Shown: positions 27,987 through 38,485 of the stretch, piece after piece
Position numbering within the stretch: the stretch's first letter is position 1
Layout: every line of letters starts with the position of its first letter
NCBI GenBank assembly: GCA_016181935.1
Contig: JACOYI010000002.1
Span: forward strand, 63,961 to 127,960
Length of the DNA stretch: 64,000 nucleotides
Source: Candidatus Niyogibacteria bacterium
GTDB taxonomy: Bacteria; Patescibacteriota; Minisyncoccia; HO2-45-28
Direction of reading: 5' to 3'
Translations under genes and position numbers: made by a program
The notes under the pieces: generated by a model
The model's database searches: none
What the model was told of the DNA's origin: nothing
The model's input: only the letters and a program-made list of their open reading frames with translations

Positions 27987-30551
27987 ATGACCAAAAAACT
28001 CCTGCGGCTCAAAAAAATAGGGCTGCGCGCCGGAATTGCCGCTATTGTTTTGGGCGGGATCCTTGCGCTTTGGATCCTGACCCTCGATATCCCGAATTTC
28101 GAGGGGTTTTCCGAGCGAAAGATCGTTGAATCCACCAAGATCTACGATCGGACGGGTTCGATCCTTCTCTACGATGTTCACCGCGACGTGCAAAGGACCG
28201 TCGTTCCTTTTGAAGAGATCCCGCGCCACGTAAAAAACGCGACCGTCATCATCGAGGACGCGAATTTCTACAATCACGGCGGTTTTGATGTTTCGGGATT
28301 TTTCAGAGCCGTTCTTGTGAATGTCCTTTCAGGCAACTTCACGCAGGGCGGCTCGACCATCACCCAGCAACTCGTCAAAAACGCGCTCTTAACACCCGAA
28401 AAAACCTTTGACCGCAAGCTGAAAGAGTTGATCCTTGCATTGCGGGTTGAACGCACGTATTCCAAGGAGCAGATCCTTGAATTTTATTTAAACGAGATCC
28501 CTTATGGGTCTTCGGCATACGGCGTTGCGGCGGCCGCCGAAATTTATTTCGGGAAGAAGCTTCCGGATATCACCCTTGCCGAATCGGCGTATCTAGCCGC
28601 GCTCCCCCGCGCACCGACCTATTATTCCCCCTATGGCGCGCATCGCGACACATTGGATAAGCGCAAGGATCTGGTTCTTTCGCGCCTTTTGAAAAATGAT
28701 TTTGTCACGCAAGAGGAATACGATGCCGCCGCCAAGGAAGAAGTGAAATTCGTCACGCGCGGCAATGAAACGCTCAAAGCGCCGCACTTCGTGCTCTACG
28801 TCAAAGAATACCTTGCCCAAAAATACGGCGAGGAAATGGTGGAGCGCGGCGGACTTAAAGTGACGACCACGCTCGATTGGGAATTGCAGCAAAAAGCCGA
28901 GGAGCTTACGAAAAAATTCGTCGAGGAGGAACAGGAAAAATTCAACGTGCATAATGCGGGCCTCGTTGCGGTTGATCCGCAAACCGGCGGTATTCGCGTG
29001 ATGGTCGGGTCGCGCGATTTTTTCGGCGAACCCCTGCCTGCGGGATGCACGCCGGGCGCAACGTGCCGGTTCGAGCCGCAAGTGAATGTGACGGCGTACT
29101 CTTTTGGCCGCCAGCCGGGTTCGGCGTTCAAGCCTTTTGTGTACGCAACCGCGTTCAAAAAAGGCTACGCTCCCGAGACCGCCATCTTCGATCTTCCTAC
29201 GGAATTCAATCCCGACTGCGACCCTGATGTCGCGAAACAGGAGCTTGAGCCGGAAGACGAAAACCGCCCCGATTCCCAAAATCCGTGCTACCATCCGAAA
29301 AACTATGACGAGGTCTTCCGCGGACCCATCACGTTCCGCGAAGCGCTCGCACAATCCATCAACGTACCCGCCGTTAAGGTTCTCTATCTTGCGGGCCTTA
29401 TTGATTCCTTGAAAACCGCGCGCGACCTCGGCATCACCACGCTCGCCGATCCCGCGCGATACGGTTTGACGCTGGTGCTGGGCGGCGGTGAAGTGAAGCT
29501 TTTGGAAATGGTTGCGGCCTACGGCGTTTTCGCGAACGACGGCCTTCGTAATCCCGTGACATCGATTGTGAAAGTCGAGGATGCGCGGGGAAACATTCTG
29601 GAAGAATGGAAATCGGGGCCAGTTCAGGTTTTGGACACCCAAGTCGCGCGCCAGATTTCAAGCGTGCTCGCCGACAACAAAGCGCGTTCTCCCGCATTCG
29701 GCGAACAATCCTATCTAGTGATCCCCGGACACACGGTCGCCGCCAAAACCGGAACGACCAATGACTATCGCGACGCATGGGTCATTGGATATGTCCCCAA
29801 TCTCGCGGTCGGCGTGTGGTTCGGCAACAACGACAACACCGCGATGGAAAAACGCGTTGCGGGGTTCATTGCCGCGCCGTTATGGAATGCGTTTTTTCAA
29901 ACGGCGCTTCTCAGTATCGAAAAAAAAGACCTGATCCCGCCGACGCCCGAAACCATCGAAAAACCGGTTCTCCGCGGCGATTGGAGGGGCGGCATCACCT
30001 ACACGATCGATACGATCTCCGGAAAACGCGCGACCGAATATACACCGCCGCAATACCGCAAAAATGTGCCTCTGACCCAGATCCACACAATTCTTCATTG
30101 GGTGGATAAAAATAATCCGTTGGGACCGAATCCCGCAGACCCCGGACGCGACCCTCAATATGAACAATGGGAATTCGCCGTTCGCCGATGGATTTCGTTT
30201 CAAGGGATCCGCGAGGAGACAGAAGCCGACATTCCGCAGGAATTCGATGATGTCCACCGGCCGGAATATGCGCCATCGATCTCTTTCAAACCCGCCCCTT
30301 CGGATTCCTTTCCCCGGACCGGTACACTGAGTTTCGGGCTTACGGTTTCCACAAGCCGCTATCCGGTGCAGGAGATCGCGGTGACGCTGGGCGGGCGCTT
30401 ATTGGGAACGATCAAAAGCGCGCCGTATACGTTCGTCTACAATCTCGGCACGCTCGCGAATTTGAATCCTACAGAAACCGTCGCGGTCATCGCGTATGAC
30501 AGCGTCGGCAACAGCACAACGATCGAACGCGTCATCCGGATCACGGATTAA
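27987..30551 (+). CDS. Class A penicillin-binding protein (PBP1A family) with C-terminal Ig-like domain
   Basis: EDANFYNH, QGGSTITQQL, RKLKE, SAFK, SIN, KTG. Confidence 0.95.
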   Translation: MTKKLLRLKKIGLRAGIAAIVLGGILALWILTLDIPNFEGFSERKIVESTKIYDRTGSILLYDVHRDVQRTVVPFEEIPRHVKNATVIIEDANFYNHGGFDVSGFFRAVLVNVLSGNFTQGGSTITQQLVKNALLTPEKTFDRKLKELILALRVERTYSKEQILEFYLNEIPYGSSAYGVAAAAEIYFGKKLPDITLAESAYLAALPRAPTYYSPYGAHRDTLDKRKDLVLSRLLKNDFVTQEEYDAAAKEEVKFVTRGNETLKAPHFVLYVKEYLAQKYGEEMVERGGLKVTTTLDWELQQKAEELTKKFVEEEQEKFNVHNAGLVAVDPQTGGIRVMVGSRDFFGEPLPAGCTPGATCRFEPQVNVTAYSFGRQPGSAFKPFVYATAFKKGYAPETAIFDLPTEFNPDCDPDVAKQELEPEDENRPDSQNPCYHPKNYDEVFRGPITFREALAQSINVPAVKVLYLAGLIDSLKTARDLGITTLADPARYGLTLVLGGGEVKLLEMVAAYGVFANDGLRNPVTSIVKVEDARGNILEEWKSGPVQVLDTQVARQISSVLADNKARSPAFGEQSYLVIPGHTVAAKTGTTNDYRDAWVIGYVPNLAVGVWFGNNDNTAMEKRVAGFIAAPLWNAFFQTALLSIEKKDLIPPTPETIEKPVLRGDWRGGITYTIDTISGKRATEYTPPQYRKNVPLTQIHTILHWVDKNNPLGPNPADPGRDPQYEQWEFAVRRWISFQGIREETEADIPQEFDDVHRPEYAPSISFKPAPSDSFPRTGTLSFGLTVSTSRYPVQEIAVTLGGRLLGTIKSAPYTFVYNLGTLANLNPTETVAVIAYDSVGNSTTIERVIRITD

Positions 30552-31651
30552 ACGCTCTTCATCGGCATTACCAAGTAGATATACGAAACGTCTTGCGGAT
30601 TTTGGATGACGAGCGGCCGGCCGGAACCCGAAAAACGCAACAGAACGGTCTCCGACAAAAGAGGGTCCAGCCCCTCAACGACATACCGCTGGTTGAACGA
30701 CATTTCGAGCCCCGAGCCTGTGATATCCGCCTTCATGCGGCTCGAATGTTCCCCAATCTCGCTATCCGTTGTCCGGATCTCCAGCAACCCATCGGCTGGA
30801 TACACTTTAAAACGCATTTCTTTCATCTGCCCTGAAAAAATGCCGGCGAGTTTCGCGTGCTCCAAAAATTCCGTGCGGTTCGCCGTCACTTCCGTCGTGA
30901 ACGACCGGGGAATCACTTGTTCGTAATCCGGGAATTTTCCTTCAGTGAGACGCGTAAAATAAGAAAAGTTTTGGTGATCCACGAAAAATTGCTGGCTGTC
31001 AAAAACACAATCTAATGATCCGGAAAAATTCTCAAGGATCCGAATAAACTCTCCAAGCCTACGCCACGGAAAAAGAAAAGAGAATTGTTTTGCTGTTTTG
31101 TTTGTGAACGCGCGCTCCGCAAGCCGAAAAGAATCCGTTGCGGCGATCTTAATAAGTCCGTCGGAAAATCCCCGAATAAGGACACTTGCGATCTCCGGAC
31201 GGATATCGGAGCGCGCCGCCGCAAAAAGAACGGAGTGCGCCGCTTTTAAAAAACTTTCGATAGGGACCGATATATGTTCTCCGTTTTTTATTTTCGGCAT
31301 CGTCGGAAAATCATCTTTTGGATACCCTTTCAGTGTGGAGGTTGTCGTATGTGTTGCGAAGTGAACAATAGAATCCTCCGCTTCCACATGAACCGTGTCG
31401 CCTCCCGCCGACGAAACCAGCTGGATGGTTGGACGCACCGGGATCACCGCGCTTCCTTCGCGGCGCATTTCACGGACAGGAACGGTCATTTGAAATCCAG
31501 TATTCAAATCGGTCGATCGGATAATAACCGTGTTTTTATTGGTTTCCAATAGAATCCCTTGAAGAGCCGGAATGGTCGAAACGCGATCTGCCAGATGTTC
31601 GGCGAGTTTAAGTCCTTTAGCGAATTCTATACGTGAACAGATGAAATCCAT
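30548..31651 (-). CDS. dnaN: DNA polymerase III beta clamp
   Basis: ATDSFRLAE, GKFPDYEQVIP, YLVMPM; follows dnaA. Confidence 0.95.
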   Translation of the reverse strand: MDFICSRIEFAKGLKLAEHLADRVSTIPALQGILLETNKNTVIIRSTDLNTGFQMTVPVREMRREGSAVIPVRPTIQLVSSAGGDTVHVEAEDSIVHFATHTTTSTLKGYPKDDFPTMPKIKNGEHISVPIESFLKAAHSVLFAAARSDIRPEIASVLIRGFSDGLIKIAATDSFRLAERAFTNKTAKQFSFLFPWRRLGEFIRILENFSGSLDCVFDSQQFFVDHQNFSYFTRLTEGKFPDYEQVIPRSFTTEVTANRTEFLEHAKLAGIFSGQMKEMRFKVYPADGLLEIRTTDSEIGEHSSRMKADITGSGLEMSFNQRYVVEGLDPLLSETVLLRFSGSGRPLVIQNPQDVSYIYLVMPMKSV

Positions 31652-31884
31652 GCTTCTTTTTATGTATTAGTTCAATAAATAAGTTGTAGTAAGTGTGTGT
31701 GAATAAGGGGATAAACAGAATTTTTCGAAATATATTCAAAAATTTTACACCCTAGTTTTTGTGTTTTATGTGGATATTGTTTGGATGAAAACAAGCGCGG
31801 AAAAAATTTTTTCCAAAATCCCATTGTTATCATCAGTAAATCCACAATGTTTTACACCCGATATCCCGTCCGTTATCTGTCCGG
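31652..31884. other. Probable oriC (dnaA-dnaN intergenic region)
   Basis: AT-rich; TGTGAATAA at 31698, TGTGGATAT at 31769, AAATCCACA at 31838. Confidence 0.7.
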
Positions 31885-33246
31885 TCAGGATTTATCGTCT
31901 TCATAAAGGTGTGACCGAATGGTTTTCATTTCCTCCCGAAGCCGCTCATCTTTTTTCAAATCATTCGAAATTTTCAAATATGCATGGATGGCGGTTGTAT
32001 GGTCGCGGCCGCCGAATTTCTGGCCGATATAGGGATATGAGCCGCTGAAATCCTCCCGAAGCAGATACATGGCGATCTGCCGCGGACGCACAACTTCTTT
32101 GCGCCGCGTTTTTTCGAACAAAAACCGCTCCGGAACATCATAGAATTGGGCGACCGATTTGATGATGTGCTGAGCGGAAAGGGATTTTCGGGGTTTTGTG
32201 TTTTTGGAGAGGATCTCCTTGACTTCTTCCGCGGAGAGCGGGCGGCGGCGTATCTTGGAGTTGGCGACGATCGTATTGAGCGCCCCCTCCAGTTCCCGGA
32301 TATTGGTTTGAATGACCGACGCGATGTACTCCAAAATATCGGCTGCCGGCCGATATTCCTCCTTTCCGGCCGTTTTCGCTTGTAAGATCGCAAGTCGTGT
32401 TTCGTAATCCGGCTCCACAACATCCGCCATCATCCCCCCTTCAAAACGGGAGCGAAGGCGGTCGTCCAGATTAATGATGGATTTTGGCGCCCGATCGGAT
32501 GAAAAAACGATCTGTTTCGAGGCCTCCGACATCGCGTTGAAAATATGGAACATTTCCTCTTGGGAGGCGGTCCGGTTCGCGATGAATTGAACGTCGTCCA
32601 AGATCAGGAGATCGAATGAGCGGTATTTTTCTTTGATCGCCTCTTTTTCAGATGGCGTTCGAATGGCGAACATAATGTCGTTCGCGAAACGTTCCGTGCT
32701 TACATAATAGACCCGCTTTGCAGGAAAAAGAGCGCGCGTTTGATTGCCGATCGATTGCAATAAATGGGTTTTTCCAAGCCCAACCCCCCCATAGATATAG
32801 AGAGGGTTATAGGCGAGCCCGGGTTTTTCGGTAACCGCAAGAGCGGCCGCATGCGCGATCTCATTGAAGCGCCCGACAATGAACGTATCGAATGTGTATC
32901 GAGGATTGAGGTTGGTGTCTTTGTCCACATATAGCTCACGGAAATCCATCTGCTCTTCGTGCGGCTTCGGCGGCGGCGTTTTTGAGGGCGGGAGCATGGA
33001 TTGGGAGAGGATCGAGAATTCGATCGAGCGCACTTCCGGCGCGTGCGTTCGCAGATGCTTCAAAACAAGTTTTAGATATTTATTTTCAAGCCACTCTTTG
33101 ACGAACGCGGACGGCGTTCCAACCATGATCTTGCCGTTCAACTGATCCAAGATCGCGGTTTGTGCGAACCACGTTGCAAAATTTGCGGGCGAAAGCTCGA
33201 TTTCGATGTCGTGGAGAGTTAGTTTCCAAAGCTCTTCATTGGTCAT
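31885..33246 (-). CDS. dnaA: Chromosomal replication initiator DnaA
   Basis: YNPLYIYGGVGLGKTHL, DDVQF, NIRELEGAL, GGRDHTT. Confidence 0.98.
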   Translation of the reverse strand: MTNEELWKLTLHDIEIELSPANFATWFAQTAILDQLNGKIMVGTPSAFVKEWLENKYLKLVLKHLRTHAPEVRSIEFSILSQSMLPPSKTPPPKPHEEQMDFRELYVDKDTNLNPRYTFDTFIVGRFNEIAHAAALAVTEKPGLAYNPLYIYGGVGLGKTHLLQSIGNQTRALFPAKRVYYVSTERFANDIMFAIRTPSEKEAIKEKYRSFDLLILDDVQFIANRTASQEEMFHIFNAMSEASKQIVFSSDRAPKSIINLDDRLRSRFEGGMMADVVEPDYETRLAILQAKTAGKEEYRPAADILEYIASVIQTNIRELEGALNTIVANSKIRRRPLSAEEVKEILSKNTKPRKSLSAQHIIKSVAQFYDVPERFLFEKTRRKEVVRPRQIAMYLLREDFSGSYPYIGQKFGGRDHTTAIHAYLKISNDLKKDERLREEMKTIRSHLYEDDKS

Positions 33247-33384
33247 AGCGAGTTTATTATAAATTTTCCGTGTTCTGTTCCGAAATCGCAAAATCCCAAT
33301 TAAACCTTACTATATATGTTAATAACGTGTGGATACGGTGGAAAGATTGTGCAGTGCCCGAGCGTGTTGTAGAATGAAAAAACC

Positions 33385-33522
33385 ATGCCGAAACGAACCT
33401 ATCAGCCTAAAAACCGAAAACGTTCCCGTGTCCACGGTTTTCTTAAACGGACCCGGGTTGCGGGCGGACGGGCCATTCTTCTTCGCCGCCGCCGCAAAGG
33501 ACGCGCCCGTCTGACCGTTTGA
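33385..33522 (+). CDS. rpmH: 50S ribosomal protein L34 (not in ORF track)
   Basis: [45 protein letters not shown]. Confidence 0.96.
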   Translation: MPKRTYQPKNRKRSRVHGFLKRTRVAGGRAILLRRRRKGRARLTV

Positions 33523-33526
33523 AAGC

Positions 33527-33865
33527 GTGGCGCTTTCCCGAATTCATCGGTTAAAGGACAGGACGCGCATCGGGCGCGTTCTTCGCTTCGGACGGCGCGC
33601 CTCTATTGCCGGTATGCGGATCTCGATGGCGAAATCCCCCGACATACATTCGCATCTTGCCATTACTGTCCCTAAAACGATCGACAAGCGTTCGACTGTC
33701 CGAAACGCGCTGCGCCGCCGCGCGGCCGAAATCCTGCGTCCGATACTTCCCCGCCTCTCGCCACCCGCCGATATTGTGATAACGTTGTCTCCCGGCGCGA
33801 AAGCGCTCGATTCTCGAGAATTTAAACAAAAACTCGAATCCTTGGTTTATGGCCGGAATTTTTAA
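33527..33865 (+). CDS. rnpA: Ribonuclease P protein component
   Basis: KRSTVRNALRRR motif; synteny with rpmH and yidC. Confidence 0.85.
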   Translation: MALSRIHRLKDRTRIGRVLRFGRRASIAGMRISMAKSPDIHSHLAITVPKTIDKRSTVRNALRRRAAEILRPILPRLSPPADIVITLSPGAKALDSREFKQKLESLVYGRNF

Positions 33866-34628
33866 CGAAGTTTTTTATCGTCCCCTTCTGAACGCGCTGG
33901 TTGTGCTGACCGGAGTATTACCGTTCCATGATCTGGGGCTCGCGGTGATCCTTTTGACGATACTCGTCCGGTTCCTTATGTTCCCGTTCAGTCATCGCCC
34001 TATGGTCGCCCAGCATAAGATGAAGATGATCGAGCCCGAACTGCAGAAGATCCGCGAGCGGGTCAAGGAACGCGAAGCGCAGGCAAAAGAGACCATGGCG
34101 CTCTATAAACGCCATGGTATCAACCCGTTCGCCGGGATCGTTTCTGTTATTTTTCAAATCCCCTTATTCCTTGCGTTATACTGGGTTTTTTCAAAAAGCG
34201 GAGCGATCGATCCCCAGTCGCTCTATTCTTTTGTGGCGCTACCGGACGGGATCCATACGGAATTTTTAGGGATCTTCGAACTGACGGAGCGGAGCATTGT
34301 TTGGGCGGCGTTCGCCGGCCTTTCGCAGTTCATTCATATGAAACTGACGAACCACCCCACGAGCGCTACGGGAGCAAAAAGCGATTTTGGAAAAGCGTTC
34401 TCATTTCAGATGACGTATGGGATGCCGTTCATCATTTTTTTCGTTTCCTTGTCGTTTCCGGCCGCGGTGAGCGTCTATTGGACAGTAAGCAATATTTTTA
34501 GTACAGTGCACGAAGGATTTGTGCGGCGCAAACTCCGCACCCAAAACGCACATGAAGCCCGAGATCGAGAAAATCCGTCAAACGATCAAAACCCTGCTGG
34601 AACGGCTGGGATGCCCGGCGTCCATTGA
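33849..34628 (+). CDS. yidC: Membrane protein insertase YidC
   Basis: LTILVR..P, LYK.HGINP, QIP, YW.VSN. Confidence 0.93.
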   Translation: MAGIFNEVFYRPLLNALVVLTGVLPFHDLGLAVILLTILVRFLMFPFSHRPMVAQHKMKMIEPELQKIRERVKEREAQAKETMALYKRHGINPFAGIVSVIFQIPLFLALYWVFSKSGAIDPQSLYSFVALPDGIHTEFLGIFELTERSIVWAAFAGLSQFIHMKLTNHPTSATGAKSDFGKAFSFQMTYGMPFIIFFVSLSFPAAVSVYWTVSNIFSTVHEGFVRRKLRTQNAHEARDRENPSNDQNPAGTAGMPGVH

Positions 34629-35007
34629 TCACATCGAGTACCCCGACACGATCTATTTCAGTATTCACACTAAAGAAAGCGGCCTCTTGATCGGGGAGGC
34701 GGGCGAACGTCTTCGGGCTCTGAATCACGTCATCCACAAAATGATCGAGCACGAAAATCCCGACGCACCAAAATTTTTCGTTGATGTCAACGACTATCAA
34801 AAGCAAAAAACCGAGGAGTTAAAGGACGCGGCGCGGCTTTCGGCCCAGCGCGTGCGGTATTTCAAAAAAGAGGTGGCGATGGCGCCGATGAGCGCCTACG
34901 AACGGCGGATCGTGCACGCGACCCTTGCCGAATATCCGGATATTGCAACCAAAAGCGAAGGCGAAGGCGGCGCGCGCCGCGTGATCATCCGGCCGCTCTC
35001 GGGATAG
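34552..35007 (+). CDS. Jag-like KH/R3H RNA-binding protein
   Basis: LLIG..GE.L.AL, DVNDY, PMSAYERRIVH. Confidence 0.9.
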   Translation: MKPEIEKIRQTIKTLLERLGCPASIDHIEYPDTIYFSIHTKESGLLIGEAGERLRALNHVIHKMIEHENPDAPKFFVDVNDYQKQKTEELKDAARLSAQRVRYFKKEVAMAPMSAYERRIVHATLAEYPDIATKSEGEGGARRVIIRPLSG

Positions 35008-35022
35008 CCGGCAGCTTATCAG

Positions 35023-35177
35023 CTAGAACCCACCCCAAAACCGTTGATCGGAACGAGCGCATGCCGCGAGTAGGATTCTCGGAGCGCGACGGCGCGAGAG
35101 TAAGCAGATTTTTCAGCAGAAAAATACGGCATGCCTACTCGCGGCATGCGCGAGTGAGGTTTTGGGATGGATTCTAG
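35023..35177. mobile_element. MITE-like element with CTAG ends
   Basis: ctagaacccaccccaaaacc / ggttttgggatggattctag; internal 18-bp IR; core shared with 15953..16086. Confidence 0.75.
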
Positions 35178-35232
35178 TTAGTTTGTAGGCGATAGCAGTT
35201 TTTTTACCAGCTACCGGCTAATCAGCTACAAG

Positions 35233-36411
35233 CTATTCCGTGAGCGCGTAACTCCACAGCGAGTGGTTTTCCTTTTCCATAAAATAAAGAAAAGCGTCGT
35301 CGTCGGAGATCTCGAGTTTTTCAATATCAAAGAACCGGCCGACGGGGAGAATGACGTTCTCCCTTGTTTTCGTATTGATCTTCCATATAAGATCGCGCAA
35401 CTCGATCACCCCTTGCAGCCATTCGTCGGGATAGATCCCGCGCGGCGGATTTGAGTCGTTCGCGCAATAAATGATATCGGCATCGCGTCGCGAAAATGCG
35501 CATTGCGAGGCCATAGCGGCAACGGACAGGTTTTGCGGCGTTCCCGTTTCCGGCGCGAAGAAAAGCTCGGGTTTGCGGTTTTGTTCGTTGTATGAAGAGT
35601 AGACGAATGAACGGCCGGCAGGCGAAAGTTTGATCTCGAGCCCCAAAACGCCGCCCAAACGCTTTATGAGCGCGCCGGTTCGCGTGTTATAGGCAAAGTA
35701 AAATCCTTCCGCGACCCCCGAAGGCCGGTTTACGAGCGCGAATGTGTCGTTTGTGGGCCACAACAGCGCAAAATCCTGAAAGGCGAAGTTCGCGATACGG
35801 CGCTGACCCGTGTTGTCGGCTTTTGCGGTTATGAGGTCGGCTCCATCGCCCGACGGCAGGAGATAAGCGAACTCGGCGCCCGCCGGAGAGAACGCGCTAT
35901 CCAATAGGAGCGACGAGAGTGGGATCGCTTGGGTCGAGCTTGCGGAAAAGGTTGCCGCAACCACGCGCAGCGCGTCGCCCTCGAAGTATTTAAGGATGGC
36001 GCGCGCGGCGCCCTGCGCCCACAACGCATCAAAAACTTTAGGGATCGTGGTATTGGAAATGCGCAATTTCGTTTCCCCCTGCGGACTCACATCGAATACA
36101 TGGCCGGTTTGGCGCTCGATATAGCGAACGCCCGTAGTGCCGGTGATACCGAACCCTGCGACCGCCTCTGCGGACAAAAGCGTAAGCGCCATGCGTGGTA
36201 CTCCTTCCGTTGGTGGAGCCGAGATTCCTCCTTCGGTTGGTGTTACCTCCTCGCCGCCAAGACCGAAGATGTTGAACGGGAATCGGCGCACAATGCCCCG
36301 TTCCGGTTCCGGAATTTCCGCGGGCAGAGGACGAAAAACAAGCCAAAATGCGCCTCCGGCGATCATGAGGATGAAAAAGATGATAAGTCCGAGCGCGAGT
36401 GGTTTATTCAT
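35233..36411 (-). CDS. Membrane-anchored beta-propeller-like (TolB-like) protein
   Basis: N-terminal TM helix, repeated FSP.G..F.Y motifs. Confidence 0.7.
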   Translation of the reverse strand: MNKPLALGLIIFFILMIAGGAFWLVFRPLPAEIPEPERGIVRRFPFNIFGLGGEEVTPTEGGISAPPTEGVPRMALTLLSAEAVAGFGITGTTGVRYIERQTGHVFDVSPQGETKLRISNTTIPKVFDALWAQGAARAILKYFEGDALRVVAATFSASSTQAIPLSSLLLDSAFSPAGAEFAYLLPSGDGADLITAKADNTGQRRIANFAFQDFALLWPTNDTFALVNRPSGVAEGFYFAYNTRTGALIKRLGGVLGLEIKLSPAGRSFVYSSYNEQNRKPELFFAPETGTPQNLSVAAMASQCAFSRRDADIIYCANDSNPPRGIYPDEWLQGVIELRDLIWKINTKTRENVILPVGRFFDIEKLEISDDDAFLYFMEKENHSLWSYALTE

Positions 36412-36424
36412 TGATTATTTGTTT

Positions 36425-37072
36425 CTATTTCGGTAATCCGCAACAGCGAAATCCCACCGGTGGTATTGAAGAGCAAGCCCCGGGCGCCGACACCCACCCA
36501 CCGCCGATGCTTTCGCAGGTTTGGGTGCTGGGAACGGCATTCGTTTGTTGATAATTCCCAGGCGGGCTGGTTTCAGCGCATAGGCCCGGCGTTGGAAGGT
36601 CTGGGCTTCCGCAGTAGGAATTACACTCACTTTCTGTTGCAAAGCTTCTTTCCTCCCCCGTAGGGCACACCCATGTTGTTGTGTCTATTCCCAGCGGTTG
36701 CGGCGGGCGCAACGATACGAGTTCCGGATTAATGGTGTTGAGAATAAGGAACGAAAGAAACGCAAGGATCAATCCGCCGACCGCCGCGGTGATGCGCTTT
36801 TTTGCAGCCTCCACTTGCGGAGGAGAAATGGCTCCGGTCATCCATTGAAAGCCCGCAATAACAATGACAAATACGGAAAGCAGGGTCGCGGCCGCAAGCA
36901 TTAAACGGAAAAGCCACGGCAGAAATTCGATAAAATTATCAAATTGGGGAGCTGGGGGTTGGGCGATCTGGGTGATCGGTTGCGCCTGAACAATGGCGGT
37001 CAAGAGCGAAAAAATGCCCATGGCGGCAAGGATCGTAATAGCGATAAAACAGCGATTATTGAACCGCAACAT
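36425..37072 (-). CDS. TrbC/VirB2-like pilin with Cys-rich C-terminal extension
   Basis: IVIAGFQWMTG...AKKRI..AV.GL......IL.TINPEL. Confidence 0.8.
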   Translation of the reverse strand: MLRFNNRCFIAITILAAMGIFSLLTAIVQAQPITQIAQPPAPQFDNFIEFLPWLFRLMLAAATLLSVFVIVIAGFQWMTGAISPPQVEAAKKRITAAVGGLILAFLSFLILNTINPELVSLRPPQPLGIDTTTWVCPTGEERSFATESECNSYCGSPDLPTPGLCAETSPPGNYQQTNAVPSTQTCESIGGGWVSAPGACSSIPPVGFRCCGLPK

Positions 37073-38069
37073 AAAATGATGTTTGGATCTGCTGCAAAAT
37101 ATTCACCGTATTTTGGATTTCGGCGCGGACAGAAACCGTTCCTACTGTTCCCCCCCCGCTTTTCAAACGTAACACCCCGCCCGGAGCCGCTGCAGCCGCT
37201 TGCCCGTCCACAGACCACGAGAAATTCAGCGATTCGCGGTTGTTGAATGTTGAGAAGAAAAAAGGAACTGCGCGGAATTCTTTGTCGTCATTCCGATTCA
37301 TGGAGAACGGCCGCGCCGTGCTTAATGCGCGCGCCGCGCGCACCCCTTCGAGCGGGCGCTCTTCATAAAAAAGGACTTTCGGCGATTCGACGTCAATAAA
37401 AGATGTCTTTGCCGCTGTTATGCTGTTTGATGGAGTTGAGACCTCAACCGCCACTTCATGCACGATCGTGCTGGCCTCTCCCGCTTGGAACGCAAATGTC
37501 TGTCTGCCTGCGCCCGAAAGCGCCTTATTGAATTTTCCGTCGAGCGTCCACTCGTAGATAAGCTGGGAGGCGGGAATTTCCCGACCTCCGCTTACGAGAT
37601 GCGGAATGGCGCTCACGATAACACGGGAGCGCGGGGACGCCAAACGCTTTCCTGCGTACCACGGGGGCGCGGTGGTTTGGGCGCGCCAAAGAAGGTCAAT
37701 ATCGCCGATACGGAACGACAGAGAGGCCTCGCGCGTTTTGCCGTCGGGCGCCGTTGCGACCGCGCGAAGGGCCTCTTCCGAGCCAGTGCCGCGCGCGGAG
37801 AATGTATAGGTGCGGAGCCCTGCGCCGTCCGCGACGCGCTGCCCGTTCCGGAACCACTGGATGCGCGCGCTTTGCAGGTCAACGGAAAAGCCGGTGAGCG
37901 TAGCGGTTACGGATTGGTTGGGGCCCGGGTGCTCGGGGAATAGGTTGATCGTGAGCGTGTTGAATCCGGTTTGCTGGGGAAGCGCCAATTGCGCGTGCGC
38001 TGATGCGGCGGCCAACCAGAGACCGGCCATGATCACGACAGCATACAAAATAAATGGAAGACGGTTCAT
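37056..38069 (-). CDS. Secreted protein with tandem Ig/PKD-like domains
   Basis: Signal peptide; repeated W..NG / YEWTLDG / FSWSVDG. Confidence 0.75.
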   Translation of the reverse strand: MNRLPFILYAVVIMAGLWLAAASAHAQLALPQQTGFNTLTINLFPEHPGPNQSVTATLTGFSVDLQSARIQWFRNGQRVADGAGLRTYTFSARGTGSEEALRAVATAPDGKTREASLSFRIGDIDLLWRAQTTAPPWYAGKRLASPRSRVIVSAIPHLVSGGREIPASQLIYEWTLDGKFNKALSGAGRQTFAFQAGEASTIVHEVAVEVSTPSNSITAAKTSFIDVESPKVLFYEERPLEGVRAARALSTARPFSMNRNDDKEFRAVPFFFSTFNNRESLNFSWSVDGQAAAAAPGGVLRLKSGGGTVGTVSVRAEIQNTVNILQQIQTSFYVAVQ

Positions 38070-38482
38070 GATTTGCGGTTATCGTGAATGATCCAGAGAA
38101 CCATCAGCGTATAGGTGGGGATAAGATCGCCGAAGGGAATGATCTCTATAGCGCCCGTAAGACCCCAGAACGGCGGTCGGCGCAATCCTTGGGAATAGAC
38201 CCAAAGCAGGATGATCCCCCACGTGGCGCCATCCAGAATGTCGCCGACAACGGGAATGGAGCCGATAATAAAATAGTCCAGCGTATCGTTGATCATGGCG
38301 ACCGCGAGCACGAGGTTAGCGATGAACATGTTCATACTTACTTGGCGCGCGGGAGCGGTCTCGTCGCCGGCGTCTTCCGGTCCTTCTTCGGCCTCTTCTT
38401 CATTTGCGAGCTTCGCTTGCCGCGCTTGGGCAAGCTCGAAGGCGCGCATCTCTTCGTCGATCGCTATCGTTCCGTTTGGCAT
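38066..38482 (-). CDS. Small membrane protein in the secretion cluster
   Basis: IPVVGD / EIIPFGDLIP motifs, acidic N-terminus. Confidence 0.7.
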   Translation of the reverse strand: MPNGTIAIDEEMRAFELAQARQAKLANEEEAEEGPEDAGDETAPARQVSMNMFIANLVLAVAMINDTLDYFIIGSIPVVGDILDGATWGIILLWVYSQGLRRPPFWGLTGAIEIIPFGDLIPTYTLMVLWIIHDNRKS

Positions 38483-38485
38483 GGT

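Noticed and set aside
29020-29300. Cys-flanked insertions in the class A PBP
   Set aside because: No palindromic DNA signature; likely ordinary disulfide-bonded extracellular loops
34552-34628. 77-nt overlap of yidC and the jag-like gene
   Set aside because: Explained by loss of a stop extending a non-conserved YidC tail; no sign of recoding
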